64,000 nucleotides of DNA from Candidatus Oxydemutator sp. GTDB taxonomy: Bacteria > Pseudomonadota > Gammaproteobacteria > Poriferisulfidales > Oxydemutatoraceae. The DNA lies in contig OZ241883.1 in the NCBI GenBank assembly GCA_965203445.1, forward strand, positions 160,001 through 224,000. Reading direction: 5' to 3'. Position 1 is the stretch's first letter. Each line of letters begins with the position of its first letter. The notes beneath the pieces are model-generated. The model was given only the letters and a program-made list of their open reading frames with translations. It was not told the origin of the DNA and did not search any database. Shown one piece after another: positions 27,644-39,690 of the stretch. A program made the position numbers and the translations under genes.

Positions 27644-28813
27644 CTATACCATCAGGTCGCTTTCCGCGGGCAGGGAGACTCCGCGCAGGTCCCGCGCAAT
27701 CGCCCGTGCTTTCAAATAGGGCAGCAATAAATCGAACAAGAATTGAGACCGAAACTTATAGCGGGCGCCGACAAAGGGCAGGACAAATTTTCCTAGAAAC
27801 GGCCTCATCCAATGATATTCGAGTACGTGCCTTAAGGTTGCCCGCCGCGGGATTTGCAACACGCGAACGTCGGGAAGAAGCCGGCTGTCCCGACCGCCGA
27901 ACAAGGCGACGAATTCCTCAAACGAGACAACCTCGAGATCGCGCTCGAAGGCGGCGACGTAACCGTGCCACTTCTCGCCGCCGCACGATGGCCCTGCATC
28001 CCGGCTGAGACCGTAGTACCCTTCCTTCACTATCGAATCGTCGGTCTGGTAGCGTCGCAGCCACTGGTGCAACCCGTAGTGCCGTTGCAGACATTTCAGA
28101 TGCCAGAATCCGAAACCAGCGTCTACGTGCCGACACCGCGGCAGGTGCAGCACTTCATATCGGTCGGTATGGACAAAGTACGTGTCCCGTGACACCGGGA
28201 AAAACATCAGGTCACCGCCGCCGCAGACCGGGTAGCGCAGGTACACGCCGAGGCTGCCCGCGCGCGAACGCGCCAGATTGACGCCCAAGACGTGCACGAC
28301 GCCGTCGTCGGCGCGACCGCTGCGCACGAAATCGGCAATTTTCGCAAAACGCGAAAAATACAAGTGGTCAGCGTCGTGCTTGATGACAAAGCGCCGCGTA
28401 GTCCTCGCCAGCGCGTAGTTGCACAGCGCCGCGATCGTGTGCGGCGATTCGGCACCCTGCGCCGCGTGCTCCCTGGTGTTCGGCGGAAAAACCTCGTGCG
28501 GGTACTCGTACACCTTGAACCGATCCGGGTACGCGGCCGCGTATTCATGCAGAATTTGCGGCGTGTCGTCGCTGCATTGGTGATGCACGGCGACGATCTC
28601 GTCGAACACGTCGATGCACGAATCCAGGCCGATACGCAGAAACTGCGCGCCGTCGCGCACCCGCAGCATCGCGCTGATACCGTCGGCGCGCTTGTCGCTC
28701 ACGATACGTGGGGGGCGGCCGCCGGCGGCGCGGGCGTCAGGCGCGTACGGTTCATGGATGCGTTTATGGGTTTCCGTCGCCGCCTGCAGCGGCATTGTCG
28801 GAACGGGCGACAT
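27644..28813 (-). CDS. GT-A fold glycosyltransferase, CgtA-like
   Basis: ISAMLRVRDGAQFL...CSDDTPQIL...YPHEV...CNYAL...IKHDADHLY pattern. Confidence 0.75.
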   Translation of the reverse strand: MSPVPTMPLQAATETHKRIHEPYAPDARAAGGRPPRIVSDKRADGISAMLRVRDGAQFLRIGLDSCIDVFDEIVAVHHQCSDDTPQILHEYAAAYPDRFKVYEYPHEVFPPNTREHAAQGAESPHTIAALCNYALARTTRRFVIKHDADHLYFSRFAKIADFVRSGRADDGVVHVLGVNLARSRAGSLGVYLRYPVCGGGDLMFFPVSRDTYFVHTDRYEVLHLPRCRHVDAGFGFWHLKCLQRHYGLHQWLRRYQTDDSIVKEGYYGLSRDAGPSCGGEKWHGYVAAFERDLEVVSFEEFVALFGGRDSRLLPDVRVLQIPRRATLRHVLEYHWMRPFLGKFVLPFVGARYKFRSQFLFDLLLPYLKARAIARDLRGVSLPAESDLMV

Positions 28814-28895
28814 TATAACAGTGGGAAAACCCCGCCAATCCGTTTACAGGAAAACTTGTATAATTCCCTTCCCTTTTTATCCACCCTTCGGAGCG

Positions 28896-30233
28896 GTGAG
28901 CAACGAAGCCACAGTCGAGAATCTGACCGAGTTCCTGCAGGACGGAGCGACGCTGCACGTGCGGGAGACCCTGGGCGGCATGCACCCCGCGGAAATCGCC
29001 GATCTATTGGAAGCGCTGCCGATTCCGCAACGCCACGTCGTCTGGGAACTGACCGATACACGACGGGAAGGCGAGGTGCTGGTGCACGCCAGCGACGAGG
29101 TGCGCGCCAACCTGATCGAAATGACGAACGACCACGACCTGGTACTGGCGACCGCGGGACTGGACATAGACGACCTCGCCGATCTGATGCGGGATCTGCC
29201 CGATACGGTCACCGACCGCGCCCTGGCCGGCATGGACCGGCAGCACCGCAGACGCCTCGAGCGGGTACTCGCGTACGACGAAAATACCGCCGGCGGCCTG
29301 ATGAACACCGACGTCGTCACGGTGCGCGGCAACGTGACGCTCGACGTCGTGCTGCGCTATCTGAGAATGCGCCGCAAGGTCCCGAAGCAGACCGACAAAC
29401 TGATCGTCGTGGATTACTCGAACCGCTACCTGGGCACCCTGCCGCTCGCCAGACTGGTGACGAAGGAGCCGCGAACCCGCGTCGCCGAAGTGATGGAGAC
29501 CGACACCAGGCCGATACCGGTCGCGACGCCGGCGTCGGAGGTCGCGACCCTGTTCGAGAACCGCGACCTGGTGTCGGCGGCGGTCGTGGACGAGGACGGA
29601 AAACTGCTCGGGCGCATCACCGTGGACGACGTCGTCGACGTCATCCGCGACGAGGCGCACAAGGAACGCAAGGGTTTCACCGGCATGTCGGGCGAGGAGG
29701 ATCTGTTCGCGCCGGTGTTCGCGTCGGCGAAGAGACGCGCCGTGTGGCTAGGCGTGAACCTGGCGACGGCCTTCCTGGCGGCGTGGTTTGTGAGTCTTTT
29801 TCAGGACACGCTGGAGAAGGTCATAGTGCTCGCGATACTCGTACCGATCGTCGCCAGCATGGGCGGAATCGCCGGCGGTCAGACGCTGATCGTCGTCATT
29901 CGCGGCCTTGCCACCGGCCACGTCGTCGGCGGCAACTCGCCGCTGCTGCTGGTCAAGGAACTGCTCGTCGGGCTGCTGAACGGCCTGTTCTGGGCGGCCA
30001 TCGTCGCGCTGTTGACCGTGTTCTGGTTCGAGGATCTGAGAATCGGCGGCATCATCGGCGTGGCCATGGTCGCCAACCTGCTGTGCGCGGCGCTGGCCGG
30101 CGTCTCGATCCCGATCTTCTTAAAGAAACTCGGCATAGACCCGGCGCTGGCCGGCGGCGTCGCACTGACGACGGTCACCGACGTCATCGGCATCATCGCT
30201 TTTCTCGGCCTGGCGACGCTGTTGCTATTGTAG
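28896..30233 (+). CDS. mgtE: Magnesium transporter MgtE
   Basis: MHPAEIA, TAGGLM, CBS pair, GRITVDD, DPALAGG and TTVTD motifs. Confidence 0.96.
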   Translation: MSNEATVENLTEFLQDGATLHVRETLGGMHPAEIADLLEALPIPQRHVVWELTDTRREGEVLVHASDEVRANLIEMTNDHDLVLATAGLDIDDLADLMRDLPDTVTDRALAGMDRQHRRRLERVLAYDENTAGGLMNTDVVTVRGNVTLDVVLRYLRMRRKVPKQTDKLIVVDYSNRYLGTLPLARLVTKEPRTRVAEVMETDTRPIPVATPASEVATLFENRDLVSAAVVDEDGKLLGRITVDDVVDVIRDEAHKERKGFTGMSGEEDLFAPVFASAKRRAVWLGVNLATAFLAAWFVSLFQDTLEKVIVLAILVPIVASMGGIAGGQTLIVVIRGLATGHVVGGNSPLLLVKELLVGLLNGLFWAAIVALLTVFWFEDLRIGGIIGVAMVANLLCAALAGVSIPIFLKKLGIDPALAGGVALTTVTDVIGIIAFLGLATLLLL

Positions 30234-30348
30234 GCGGGATGAAGACCGGCGACGCCGTCGCGGTTGGTGGCGGCGCTGCCGCCCGATTTCTTGACCGGAT
30301 TCCGCTTTCGCGGGGACGACGCGCGCGGGAGGCGGGGAGCCGGTGCGG

Positions 30349-31374
30349 TTATGCGGCTTCCATCGCGGCGTCGTAGGCGCCGTCCGACGCCGCGCCGTTC
30401 AGGCGGGCGCGTTTGCAAATTGCCTCCTGCGCCTGCGTCGCGCGCGACGCATCTCCGCCCCACACCGTCAGCGCGCGCTGCTGCAGGGCGCGCCCGTAGG
30501 AAAAAGTAATCCGCCACGGCGCGCCCTCGGCGGCGGCGAGCCGGTTGATCGCATCGAGGTTCGCGGTCGCTTCCTCGTCGCCCTGGCCGCCCGACAAAAA
30601 CGCGACGCCGGGCACCGCCGCCGGCACCGTGCGCTTCAGGCAGCGCAACGTCATCTCGGCGACGCGCGCGCAACCGGCCTGCAGCGGGCACTCGGAGCCG
30701 GAAACCACCATGTTCGGCTTCAGCACGATGCCCTCGAGCACGACGCCGCGCGCCGCCAGTTCGGCGAACACCGCGCGCTGGACAAATTCGGTCGCCTCGA
30801 AACAGCGCTCGATAGAGTGGCCGCCGTCCATCAGCACCTCCGGTTCGACGATCGGCACCAGGTCTTGCTCCTGGCACAACGCCGCGTAGGCCGCCAACGC
30901 CTGCGCGTTGGCGCGCGCGCACGTCGCGGACGGCAGCCGCTCGGCGACGGCGATGACCGCGCGCCACTTGGCGAAACGCGCGCCGAGGCCGGCGTATTCG
31001 GCGAGGCGCTCGCGCAAACCGTCCAGACCCTCGGTCACCTTCTCTCCGGCACAACCGGCGAGCGGCTTCGCGCCCTTGTCCACCTTGATACCGGGAATGA
31101 TGCCGGCGGCCTCGAGATGCCCGGCAAAAGCGGCGCCGCCGTCGGTGCGCTGGCGTATCGTCTCATCGAACAAAATCGCCGCCGAGACGTGGCGCCCGAG
31201 ACCGGGGGCGGTGACCAGCATCTGCCGGTAGCAGCGGCGGCTGTCGGCGTTCGCCTCGACGCCGATCCGGTCGAAGCGCTTCTTGCAGGTCGGGTGGCTC
31301 TCGTCCATCGCGAGAATGCCCTTGCCGGCGGCCACCATCGCGCGCGCCGTCGTTTGCAGTTTGTCCATGTTCAT
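30349..31374 (-). CDS. Fructose-bisphosphate aldolase class I
   Basis: GKGILAMDES, GIKVDKG, FAKWR, PIVEPEV, LKPNMV, FLSGGQ and FSYGRALQ motifs. Confidence 0.96.
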   Translation of the reverse strand: MNMDKLQTTARAMVAAGKGILAMDESHPTCKKRFDRIGVEANADSRRCYRQMLVTAPGLGRHVSAAILFDETIRQRTDGGAAFAGHLEAAGIIPGIKVDKGAKPLAGCAGEKVTEGLDGLRERLAEYAGLGARFAKWRAVIAVAERLPSATCARANAQALAAYAALCQEQDLVPIVEPEVLMDGGHSIERCFEATEFVQRAVFAELAARGVVLEGIVLKPNMVVSGSECPLQAGCARVAEMTLRCLKRTVPAAVPGVAFLSGGQGDEEATANLDAINRLAAAEGAPWRITFSYGRALQQRALTVWGGDASRATQAQEAICKRARLNGAASDGAYDAAMEAA

Positions 31375-31462
31375 GGGAAGTCCGTGGTCGTGCTCGCTTT
31401 TGCGGTGCGTGTAGTGTAAAGTATATAACTCCCGCAGTGAACGACTCGCTACAGTCAATCCG

Positions 31463-32908
31463 CTACGACACCGTAATGATCTTCATCGTGTTGGTGCCGC
31501 CGTGCAGGCCGACGGTCTCGCCGCGCGTCATGATGACGCGGTCGCCGTCGGCGACCGCGCGACGGCCGCGCAACGCGCCGATGACCTCGTCCCTGACGTG
31601 GCGCCCCGGGTCGCGCTCCACGAGCACCGGATAGACGCCGCGGTACAAGGTCACCTTGCGGCAGGTCTCAAGGTGCGGCGTCACCGCGTAGATCGGCGTG
31701 GCCGAGTCGAAGCGCGACATCCACAGCGCGGTCGCGCCCGATTCGGTCAGCGCCGCGATCACCGCGACGTCCATCTGCGTCGTCGCGTATATCGTCGAAA
31801 GCGCTATCGCCTTGTCGAAGCGCTCGACCTTCCGCCCCGGCGCGCCCGGGTCGAGCGCGCGGTACTCCTCGCCGCGCTCGGCGCCCTGGCAGATGCGGCT
31901 CATGGTCGCGACGGCGCGCGCCGGATGGCGCCCGATCGCCGATTCCGCCGACAGCATCAGCGCGTCGGAGCCGTCGAGCACGGCGTTGGCGACGTCGGAG
32001 ATCTCGGCGCGCGTCGGCACGGCGCTGTCGATCATGGACTGCAACATCTCGGTCGCGGTGATGACGATGCGCTCGGCGCGCCGCGCCTGCCGGATCAGGC
32101 GCTTTTGCACCGCGGTCAATTCGGCGTCGCCGATCTCGATGCTGAGGTCGCCGCGCGCGACCATCGCGCCGTCGGCGACCTCGAGTATCTCCTCGATGCA
32201 GCGCAGCGCCTCGACGCGCTCGATCTTGGCGATCAACGAGGCCGAACTGCCCGCCGCGCGCAGCAAGCGTTTCGCGTGGGAGATGTCGTCGGCGCTCTTC
32301 GGAAACGAAACCGCGAGATAATCCACGCCGATTTGCGCCGCGAGCTCGATGTCCCTTTTGTCCTTGTCGGTGATCGAGGGCGCCGACAAGCCGCCGCCGG
32401 CGCGGTTGATGCCCTTGTTGTTTGACAACTCGCCGCCGACCACGACCGTCGTGACGACGCCGTCCTCGCCGGAGGACGCGACCTCGAGGACGATGCGCCC
32501 GTCGTCGAGCAACAAGGTGTCGCCGGCCGCGACGTCGGCGTAGAGCCGCGGATAGGTGATGCCGACCGCGTCCACGGTGCCGGCGTCGCGCCCGAGAGAC
32601 GGGTCGAGCACGAAGCGCCGTCCGGCCTCGAGCGTAACCGCCCCGCGCTCGAACCGTTGCAGGCGGATCTTCGGCCCCTGCAAGTCGCCGAGTATGCCGA
32701 TGTGGTAGCGCTTCGAGTCGGACAGCTCGCGCACCATGCGCGCGCGCCGCACGTGGTCCTCGGTCTCGCCGTGCGAAAAGTTCAGGCGCACGACGTCGAC
32801 GCCGGCGTCAATCAGGTCGAGCAACACCCCCCGGTCGTCGGTGGCCGGGCCCAGGGTTGCGATGATCTTGGTCCTTCTCGGCGAAATCGCCTGTCGAATC
32901 TCGGTCAT
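31463..32908 (-). CDS. pyk: Pyruvate kinase
   Basis: RRTKIIATLGPA, RLNFSHG, DLQGPKIR and MVARGDL motifs. Confidence 0.97.
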   Translation of the reverse strand: MTEIRQAISPRRTKIIATLGPATDDRGVLLDLIDAGVDVVRLNFSHGETEDHVRRARMVRELSDSKRYHIGILGDLQGPKIRLQRFERGAVTLEAGRRFVLDPSLGRDAGTVDAVGITYPRLYADVAAGDTLLLDDGRIVLEVASSGEDGVVTTVVVGGELSNNKGINRAGGGLSAPSITDKDKRDIELAAQIGVDYLAVSFPKSADDISHAKRLLRAAGSSASLIAKIERVEALRCIEEILEVADGAMVARGDLSIEIGDAELTAVQKRLIRQARRAERIVITATEMLQSMIDSAVPTRAEISDVANAVLDGSDALMLSAESAIGRHPARAVATMSRICQGAERGEEYRALDPGAPGRKVERFDKAIALSTIYATTQMDVAVIAALTESGATALWMSRFDSATPIYAVTPHLETCRKVTLYRGVYPVLVERDPGRHVRDEVIGALRGRRAVADGDRVIMTRGETVGLHGGTNTMKIITVS

Positions 32909-32913
32909 TGCGG

Positions 32914-34122
32914 CTATTCCGGTCGCTTCCGCAATCGCGGATTCTCTTTTCTTTTGCGCAAAATCTCAATCGCGGGAAGGCGGCGCCCGGCGACGAACTC
33001 CAAAAACGCGCCGCCGCCGGTCGAAACGAAAGAAACGTCGGCGCCGACGCCGAAGCGGGCGATGGCCGCGAGCGTGTCGCCGCCGCCGACCAGCGACCAC
33101 GCGCGGCTGCGCGCGACCGCCTCGGCCAGACGCCGCGTCGCGCCCGCAAACGGCGCGTACTCGAACGCTCCGAGCGGCCCGTTCCACAAAATACGGTCGG
33201 CGGCGGCGAGCACCCGCTCGATGCGTTCGAGCGTGCGCGGTCCGACGTCGAAGATCCCGTCGTCGCGCGCGAGCGCGTCCAATTCCTTGACTTGCGCGCG
33301 CGCCGTGTGCGTCAACTCGCCGGCGCACACCACGTCGCAGGGAAGCAGCAAGGTGCAGCCGCGCTCGCGCACGCGCTCGTACAACGCGCGCGCCGCCGGC
33401 AGCGACTCCTTTGCGTACAACGAGCGCCCGACGTCGTGGCCGCGCGCCGCCAGCAGGGTGTTGGCTATGCCGCCGCCGACGATCAGCGTTTGCACGCGCT
33501 CGGCGAGCGCCTCGAGCACTTCCATCTTGCCGGCCACCTTGGCGCCGCCGATGACGGCCACCGAGCGCGCCGCGTCGCCGCCCGCGAAGAATTTCTCGAG
33601 GCTTGCGACTTCGCGCGCGAGCAGCGGTCCGGCGCACGCCGCCGCGGCGTGTGCGGCGACGCCGTGGGTCGAGGCGTGGGCGCGGTGGGCGCAGCCGAAG
33701 GCGTCCATCACGAACACGTCGCACAACGACGCGAGCGTGCGCGCGAGGCCGTCGTCGTCGTCGCACTCGCCGTGCTGGAAGCGGATGTTCTCGCACAGCA
33801 CCGCGCGCCCGGGCGTGGCGCGCACCTCATCGACAGGCCCCTCGTGCAACGCGACCTCGGTGCCCAGCAATTCCGACAGGCGCGCCGCCACCGGGCGCAG
33901 CGAGAGTTGCGGATCGCGCACCCCGGCGCGCGGGCGACCCAGATGCGACACCAGCACGACCGGCGCGCGCGCCTCCAGCGCGCCGCGGATCGCCGGCAGG
34001 CTCGCGCGGATGCGCGCGTCGTCGGCGACGCGCCCGTCGCACAACGGCACGTTCAGGTCGCAGCGCACCAGCACGCGCCGCCCGGTCAGCTCCAGTTCGT
34101 GCATTTCGGTGAAGTCGGCCAC
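32914..34122 (-). CDS. pgk: Phosphoglycerate kinase
   Basis: DLNVP, SHLGRP, DAFGCAHR, WNGPLG and STGGGAFLE motifs. Confidence 0.97.
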   Translation of the reverse strand: MADFTEMHELELTGRRVLVRCDLNVPLCDGRVADDARIRASLPAIRGALEARAPVVLVSHLGRPRAGVRDPQLSLRPVAARLSELLGTEVALHEGPVDEVRATPGRAVLCENIRFQHGECDDDDGLARTLASLCDVFVMDAFGCAHRAHASTHGVAAHAAAACAGPLLAREVASLEKFFAGGDAARSVAVIGGAKVAGKMEVLEALAERVQTLIVGGGIANTLLAARGHDVGRSLYAKESLPAARALYERVRERGCTLLLPCDVVCAGELTHTARAQVKELDALARDDGIFDVGPRTLERIERVLAAADRILWNGPLGAFEYAPFAGATRRLAEAVARSRAWSLVGGGDTLAAIARFGVGADVSFVSTGGGAFLEFVAGRRLPAIEILRKRKENPRLRKRPE

Positions 34123-34140
34123 CGGCGCGCGCCCGCTTCC

Positions 34141-35154
<1,014 letters not shown>

Positions 35155-35214
35155 GCAAGATGCCTCCCGGGCAATCGTACCCCGTCCGTGTCCCGCCGCG
35201 CCGCGCGCGCGACG

Positions 35215-37251
35215 TCATCCGTCGCCGTCCATCAACGAGACGCCCGCCCGGTACACCCGTTCCGGCGTGAACCCGAAATGCGCGAGCGCCTCGCCGCCGG
35301 GCGCCGACACGCCGAACTCCTCGAGGCCGACGACGGCGCCCTCGAGACCGACGTAACGCCGCCACCAATCGCCGCGCCCGGCCTCGACGGCCAGGCGCGG
35401 CACCCCCGCCGGCAGCACCGACTCGCGGTACTCTTGCGGCTGGCGCTCGAAACATTCGGCGCACGGCATTGCGACGACGCGCGAGTTGCGTCCCTCTTCG
35501 CACAACCGCTCGTGCGCGGTGAGCGCCAGCGAGACCTCCGAACCGGTCGCAATCAGCACCAGCCCGGCGGCGCCTTCGCAGTCGCGCAACACGTAGCCGC
35601 CGCACTCTATGGCCGCGAGCTGCGCGTCGTCGCGCGCCACGTGCGCCAGCGTCTGGCGCGAAAACACCAGGGCGCTGGGCGTCGTCTTCGATTCGAGCGC
35701 GGCCTTCCACGCGACCGCCGACTCGACCGCGTCGCACGGCCGCCACACGTCGAGGTTCGGGATCAGGCGCAACGCCGCCAGGTGCTCGACCGGCTGGTGC
35801 GTCGGCCCGTCCTCGCCGAGGCCGACCGAATCGTGGGTATATACGAAGACGACGCGCTGTCTCATCAGCGCCGCCATGCGCACCGCGTTGCGCGCGTAAT
35901 CGGAGAACGTCAGAAAGGTCGCCGCGTACGGGATCAGGCCGCCGTGCAGCGCGATGCCCGACGCGATCGCCGACATCGCGAACTCGCGCACGCCGAAATA
36001 AATGTAGTTGCCGTCGCCGCCGTTGCCGTCCACGGCGCGGCAGCCTTGCCACAACGTGCCGTTTGAACCGGACAGATCGGCGGAACCGCCGATCAACTCC
36101 GGCAGTTCGCCGCTGAAGGCGGCGAGCGCGCGCTGCGACGCCTTGCGCGTCGCCAGGTCCTCGCCGGCGGCGTGCACGCCGACGACGAAGGCGCGCGCGC
36201 GCGAGTCCCAGCCGCGCGGCAGCCGTCCGGCGACGCTGCGCTCGAATTCGGCCGCCGCCTCGGGATGCGCGGCGCGGTAATCCTCAAAAACCTCGCGCCA
36301 ACGCCGCTCCGCGGCCGCGCCGCGCGCACGGGAGTCCCACCCTCGATAGACGTCGTCGGGCACCTCGAACGGCGCATACGGCCAGTCCAGCGCCTCGCGC
36401 GCCAGCGCCACCTCCTGCCGGCCCAGCGGCGCACCATGACAGGATGCACGCCCCTGCTTGTTCGGCGCGCCGTAGCCGATCACGGTCTTGCAGCAGAGCA
36501 GGCTCGGACGATCAGCCTCGTCGCGCGCGCGTTCTATCGCGGCGCGCACGGCGTCGGCGTCGTGGCCGTCCACGTCGCGCTCGACGTGCCAGCCGTAGGC
36601 GCCGAAGCGGCGCGGCGTGTCGTCGGTGAACCAGCCCGAGACCTCGCCGTCTATCGAGACGCCGTTGTCGTCGTAGAAGACGATCAGTTTGCCGAGCCGC
36701 TGGGTGCCGGCGAGCGAGCAGGCCTCGTGCGAGACGCCCTCCATCAGGCAGCCGTCGCCGGTGAACACCCAGGTGCGGTGGTCCACTACCGGGAAACCGT
36801 CGCGGTTGAAACGCCGCGCGAGCACGCGCTCGGCGAGCGCCATCCCGACCGCGTTCGCAAGCCCCTGCCCGAGCGGCCCGGTGGTCGTCTCGATACCGCG
36901 CGCGGGGTCGTATTCGGGGTGCCCCGGCGTCCCGGAATGCAACCGGCGGAAACGCCTGAGCTCGTCCATCGGCATCGGATAGCCGCTCAGGTGCAGCAGC
37001 GAATACAGCAGCATCGAACCGTGCCCGTTCGACAACACAAAGCGGTCGCGGTCGAACCACGACGGATTGCCGGGATTGTGCCTCAGGCAATCGTTCCACA
37101 AGACCTCGGCGACGTCGGCCATGCCCATCGGCATGCCGGGGTGGCCCGAGCGCGCGCGCTCGACCGCGTCCATGCTGAGGGCGCGCACGGCGTTGGCCAG
37201 TCGCCGGCGCGTCGCTCCCGAAGAGGAGCCGCGTGATGGCAGGGGTGGCAT
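35215..37251 (-). CDS. tkt: Transketolase
   Basis: [24 protein letters not shown] and GEDGPTHQP motifs. Confidence 0.97.
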   Translation of the reverse strand: MPPLPSRGSSSGATRRRLANAVRALSMDAVERARSGHPGMPMGMADVAEVLWNDCLRHNPGNPSWFDRDRFVLSNGHGSMLLYSLLHLSGYPMPMDELRRFRRLHSGTPGHPEYDPARGIETTTGPLGQGLANAVGMALAERVLARRFNRDGFPVVDHRTWVFTGDGCLMEGVSHEACSLAGTQRLGKLIVFYDDNGVSIDGEVSGWFTDDTPRRFGAYGWHVERDVDGHDADAVRAAIERARDEADRPSLLCCKTVIGYGAPNKQGRASCHGAPLGRQEVALAREALDWPYAPFEVPDDVYRGWDSRARGAAAERRWREVFEDYRAAHPEAAAEFERSVAGRLPRGWDSRARAFVVGVHAAGEDLATRKASQRALAAFSGELPELIGGSADLSGSNGTLWQGCRAVDGNGGDGNYIYFGVREFAMSAIASGIALHGGLIPYAATFLTFSDYARNAVRMAALMRQRVVFVYTHDSVGLGEDGPTHQPVEHLAALRLIPNLDVWRPCDAVESAVAWKAALESKTTPSALVFSRQTLAHVARDDAQLAAIECGGYVLRDCEGAAGLVLIATGSEVSLALTAHERLCEEGRNSRVVAMPCAECFERQPQEYRESVLPAGVPRLAVEAGRGDWWRRYVGLEGAVVGLEEFGVSAPGGEALAHFGFTPERVYRAGVSLMDGDG

Positions 37252-37320
37252 TTGTCTGACTACGGTTTCAAGCGTCCGGCGGCGGCGTAGCGCCACCGCG
37301 CATTGTCGCAAAAGCGGCGG

Positions 37321-38238
37321 CTACCGGGCAAGTCCGGCGTCCGTCTCGGCGGCGGTCTCGGGAGCGGCAAAGCGGGCGACGCCGCTCATGCCGATCAGCA
37401 GTTTTTCGTCGGCGTCGAGTATCCGCGCGACCGCGGCGACGCTCTTGTTCAGCGCATCCGCCTCCGGCGCCAAACGCTCGAGGCGCGCGCGGTAATCGCG
37501 CCCGGCGACGCGCACGTCGAACTCGTGGCCGGGCGACAGCCACGCCAACCAATCCCACGGCAGCAGCAGGTGCAGGTGAGGCGCCGCGTCCTCGGCGACT
37601 TCGACGACCGGCTCAAGCGCCTCGACTTCCTCGTGCTCGGCGACGAACACCTTGATCACCAGCGCGTCGAAGGGGGCTACTATCGTGCAGTACTTGGACA
37701 GGGCGCGCGCGTGGTTGAGCGCGGCCAGCGCGGCTTCGGCCTGCAAGCCCGCCAGTTCGACCTGCTCTTTCGAGACCTCGCGGTTTTCGGCCTCGCGCCT
37801 TTTCGCGTTGTGGTTGAACTTCGCGAGCCGGTGGGCGATGCGCGCCTCCTCGAGCGCCGCGCGCTCGACCGAGCAATCAAACTCGACCAGCACGTCGCCG
37901 CGCTGGAAGCGCCGGCCCTGCTCGGCGTGCAACACCGAAACCGCCGCGTCCAGGCGCGCGCCCAGGCGCGCGCGGCGCGTCGGCGCGACGATGCCGTCGC
38001 GCTGATAGACCCGCGGCGCGGCCTGCTCTTCGGCCACCGCGTCTTGCGGCGGTGCCGTGGTCGCCGTGGTCGCCGTGGTTGCCGCGGTCGCCGCGGTCGT
38101 TGCGGTTGTCGTGGTCGCCGTGGCCGTCGCGTCCATCACGGTGGTCGTGGTCGCCGTGGTCGGCATCGTTTCCTGCGCCGGCGCCCACGCGCCGATCGAG
38201 GCCAGCGCCAGCAACGCGGCGGCGCGCAACCGCGTCAT
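37321..38238 (-). CDS. HlyD/efflux periplasmic adaptor-like protein with Thr/Ala-rich N-terminal linker
   Basis: Signal peptide, EQGRRFQRGDVLVEFDC lipoyl half, helical hairpin, IVAPFD, LIGMSG. Confidence 0.8.
   Translation of the reverse strand: MTRLRAAALLALASIGAWAPAQETMPTTATTTTVMDATATATTTTATTAATAATTATTATTAPPQDAVAEEQAAPRVYQRDGIVAPTRRARLGARLDAAVSVLHAEQGRRFQRGDVLVEFDCSVERAALEEARIAHRLAKFNHNAKRREAENREVSKEQVELAGLQAEAALAALNHARALSKYCTIVAPFDALVIKVFVAEHEEVEALEPVVEVAEDAAPHLHLLLPWDWLAWLSPGHEFDVRVAGRDYRARLERLAPEADALNKSVAAVARILDADEKLLIGMSGVARFAAPETAAETDAGLAR
38054..38162. repeat. Degenerate 9-bp tandem repeats encoding (TTA)n
   Basis: Repeated gtcgccgtg/gtcgccgcg/gttgccgcg units. Confidence 0.75.
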
Positions 38239-39683
38239 TCCGGTATCCTGATTGCGAAAAAGCGCGACCTTTCCCCGCGCACGACGAGCAACGTCGTAAA
38301 GTTGCCCGTGGGCAGCGACTCGACGATCTCGGCCAGTTCCGAGGGCGTGCGAAAACGCTCGTTGTTCATCATGACCAACACGTCGCCCTCGGCAATGCCG
38401 GCGTCGCGCGCCGCGCCGGGGCCGACTTTCTCGACGACGAGACCGCCGTCGTCCAGCCCCGGGCGCTCGCGTTCGCCGGGCGTCAACGAACGCAGCGACA
38501 AGCCCAGAACCTCCTCGGACGCGCGCTCCTCGCGCGCGCGCCCGGCGAGCCGCTGCTCCGCCGGCAGCTCGCCGACGACGACCGGCAGGCGGACGCGCTC
38601 GCCGTCGCGCAGCAGTTCGACCGTAACGCGCTCGCCCACCGGCGTACGCCCGACCAGCGGCGGCAACGACGAGGACAAGCCGACGTCCTCGCCGTCGAAA
38701 CGCAGCACGATGTCGCCGACGCGCAAGCCGGCGCGCTGCGCCGGGCCGTCCTCGACGACGCGCGAGATCAGCGCGCCGCGCGGCTTGTCGAGGCCGAACG
38801 ACTCGGACAGGCCGTGCGTGACCTCCTGGATGAACACGCCGAGCCAGCCGCGCGCCACCTCGCCCTTGTCGCGCAACTGCCCGACGACGTCCATCGCCAG
38901 GCCGATCGGCACCGCGAACGACAGGCCGCTGTAGCTGCCGGTGCGGCTGTAGATCTGCGAATTGACGCCGATGACCTCGCCGTCGAGGTTGAACAGCGGT
39001 CCGCCCGAATTGCCGGGATTGATGGCGACGTCGGTCTGGATGAACGGCACGTAGTTGCCCGACGGCAGGCGCCGCCCCTTGGCGCTGACGATGCCCGCGG
39101 TCACCGAGTGCTCGAAGCCGAACGGCGCGCCGATGGCCAACACCCACTGCCCGACCTTGATCTCGTCCGAGGAGCCGATGCGCACCGCGGGCAAGTCGTC
39201 GGCGTCGACCTTCAGCAGCGCGATGTCGCTCAGCTCGTCGGTGCCGATCAGCTCGGCGGGCAGCTCGCGGCGGTCGCTCAATTTGACGGTAATCTCCTCG
39301 ACACCGTGGACGACGTGGTGGTTGGTGATGACGTAGCCGTCGCCGGTAATGATGAAGCCGGAACCGACCGAATTGGGCGGCCGCGGCATGGGCAACGGCG
39401 CGCGGTGCTCGAAAAATTTCTCGAAAAACTCATGCCACGGAACGCCGGGCGGGGCTTCGGGAGACTCGTCGTCCTGGTCGCGCGACGGCGGCTTCCTGAG
39501 CGTGCTGATGTTGACGACGGCGGCGACGTTGGCCTCGGCCAGCGCCGAAAAATCAGGCATGCCGCGCGCCTCGGCGGGCGCGGCGAAAACCAGCACGAGC
39601 AACGACGCCGGCCACGCCCGGCGCCCGGCGCCGATCACCGGGCGCCGGGCGACAATCCGTGAAAAAGCAGACATATTGCGCAT
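38235..39683 (-). CDS. degP: DegP/MucD (HtrA) serine protease with two PDZ domains
   Basis: GSGFII, TNHHV, DIALL and INPGNSGGPL motifs. Confidence 0.93.
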   Translation of the reverse strand: MRNMSAFSRIVARRPVIGAGRRAWPASLLVLVFAAPAEARGMPDFSALAEANVAAVVNISTLRKPPSRDQDDESPEAPPGVPWHEFFEKFFEHRAPLPMPRPPNSVGSGFIITGDGYVITNHHVVHGVEEITVKLSDRRELPAELIGTDELSDIALLKVDADDLPAVRIGSSDEIKVGQWVLAIGAPFGFEHSVTAGIVSAKGRRLPSGNYVPFIQTDVAINPGNSGGPLFNLDGEVIGVNSQIYSRTGSYSGLSFAVPIGLAMDVVGQLRDKGEVARGWLGVFIQEVTHGLSESFGLDKPRGALISRVVEDGPAQRAGLRVGDIVLRFDGEDVGLSSSLPPLVGRTPVGERVTVELLRDGERVRLPVVVGELPAEQRLAGRAREERASEEVLGLSLRSLTPGERERPGLDDGGLVVEKVGPGAARDAGIAEGDVLVMMNNERFRTPSELAEIVESLPTGNFTTLLVVRGERSRFFAIRIPE

Positions 39684-39690
39684 AGTACCA

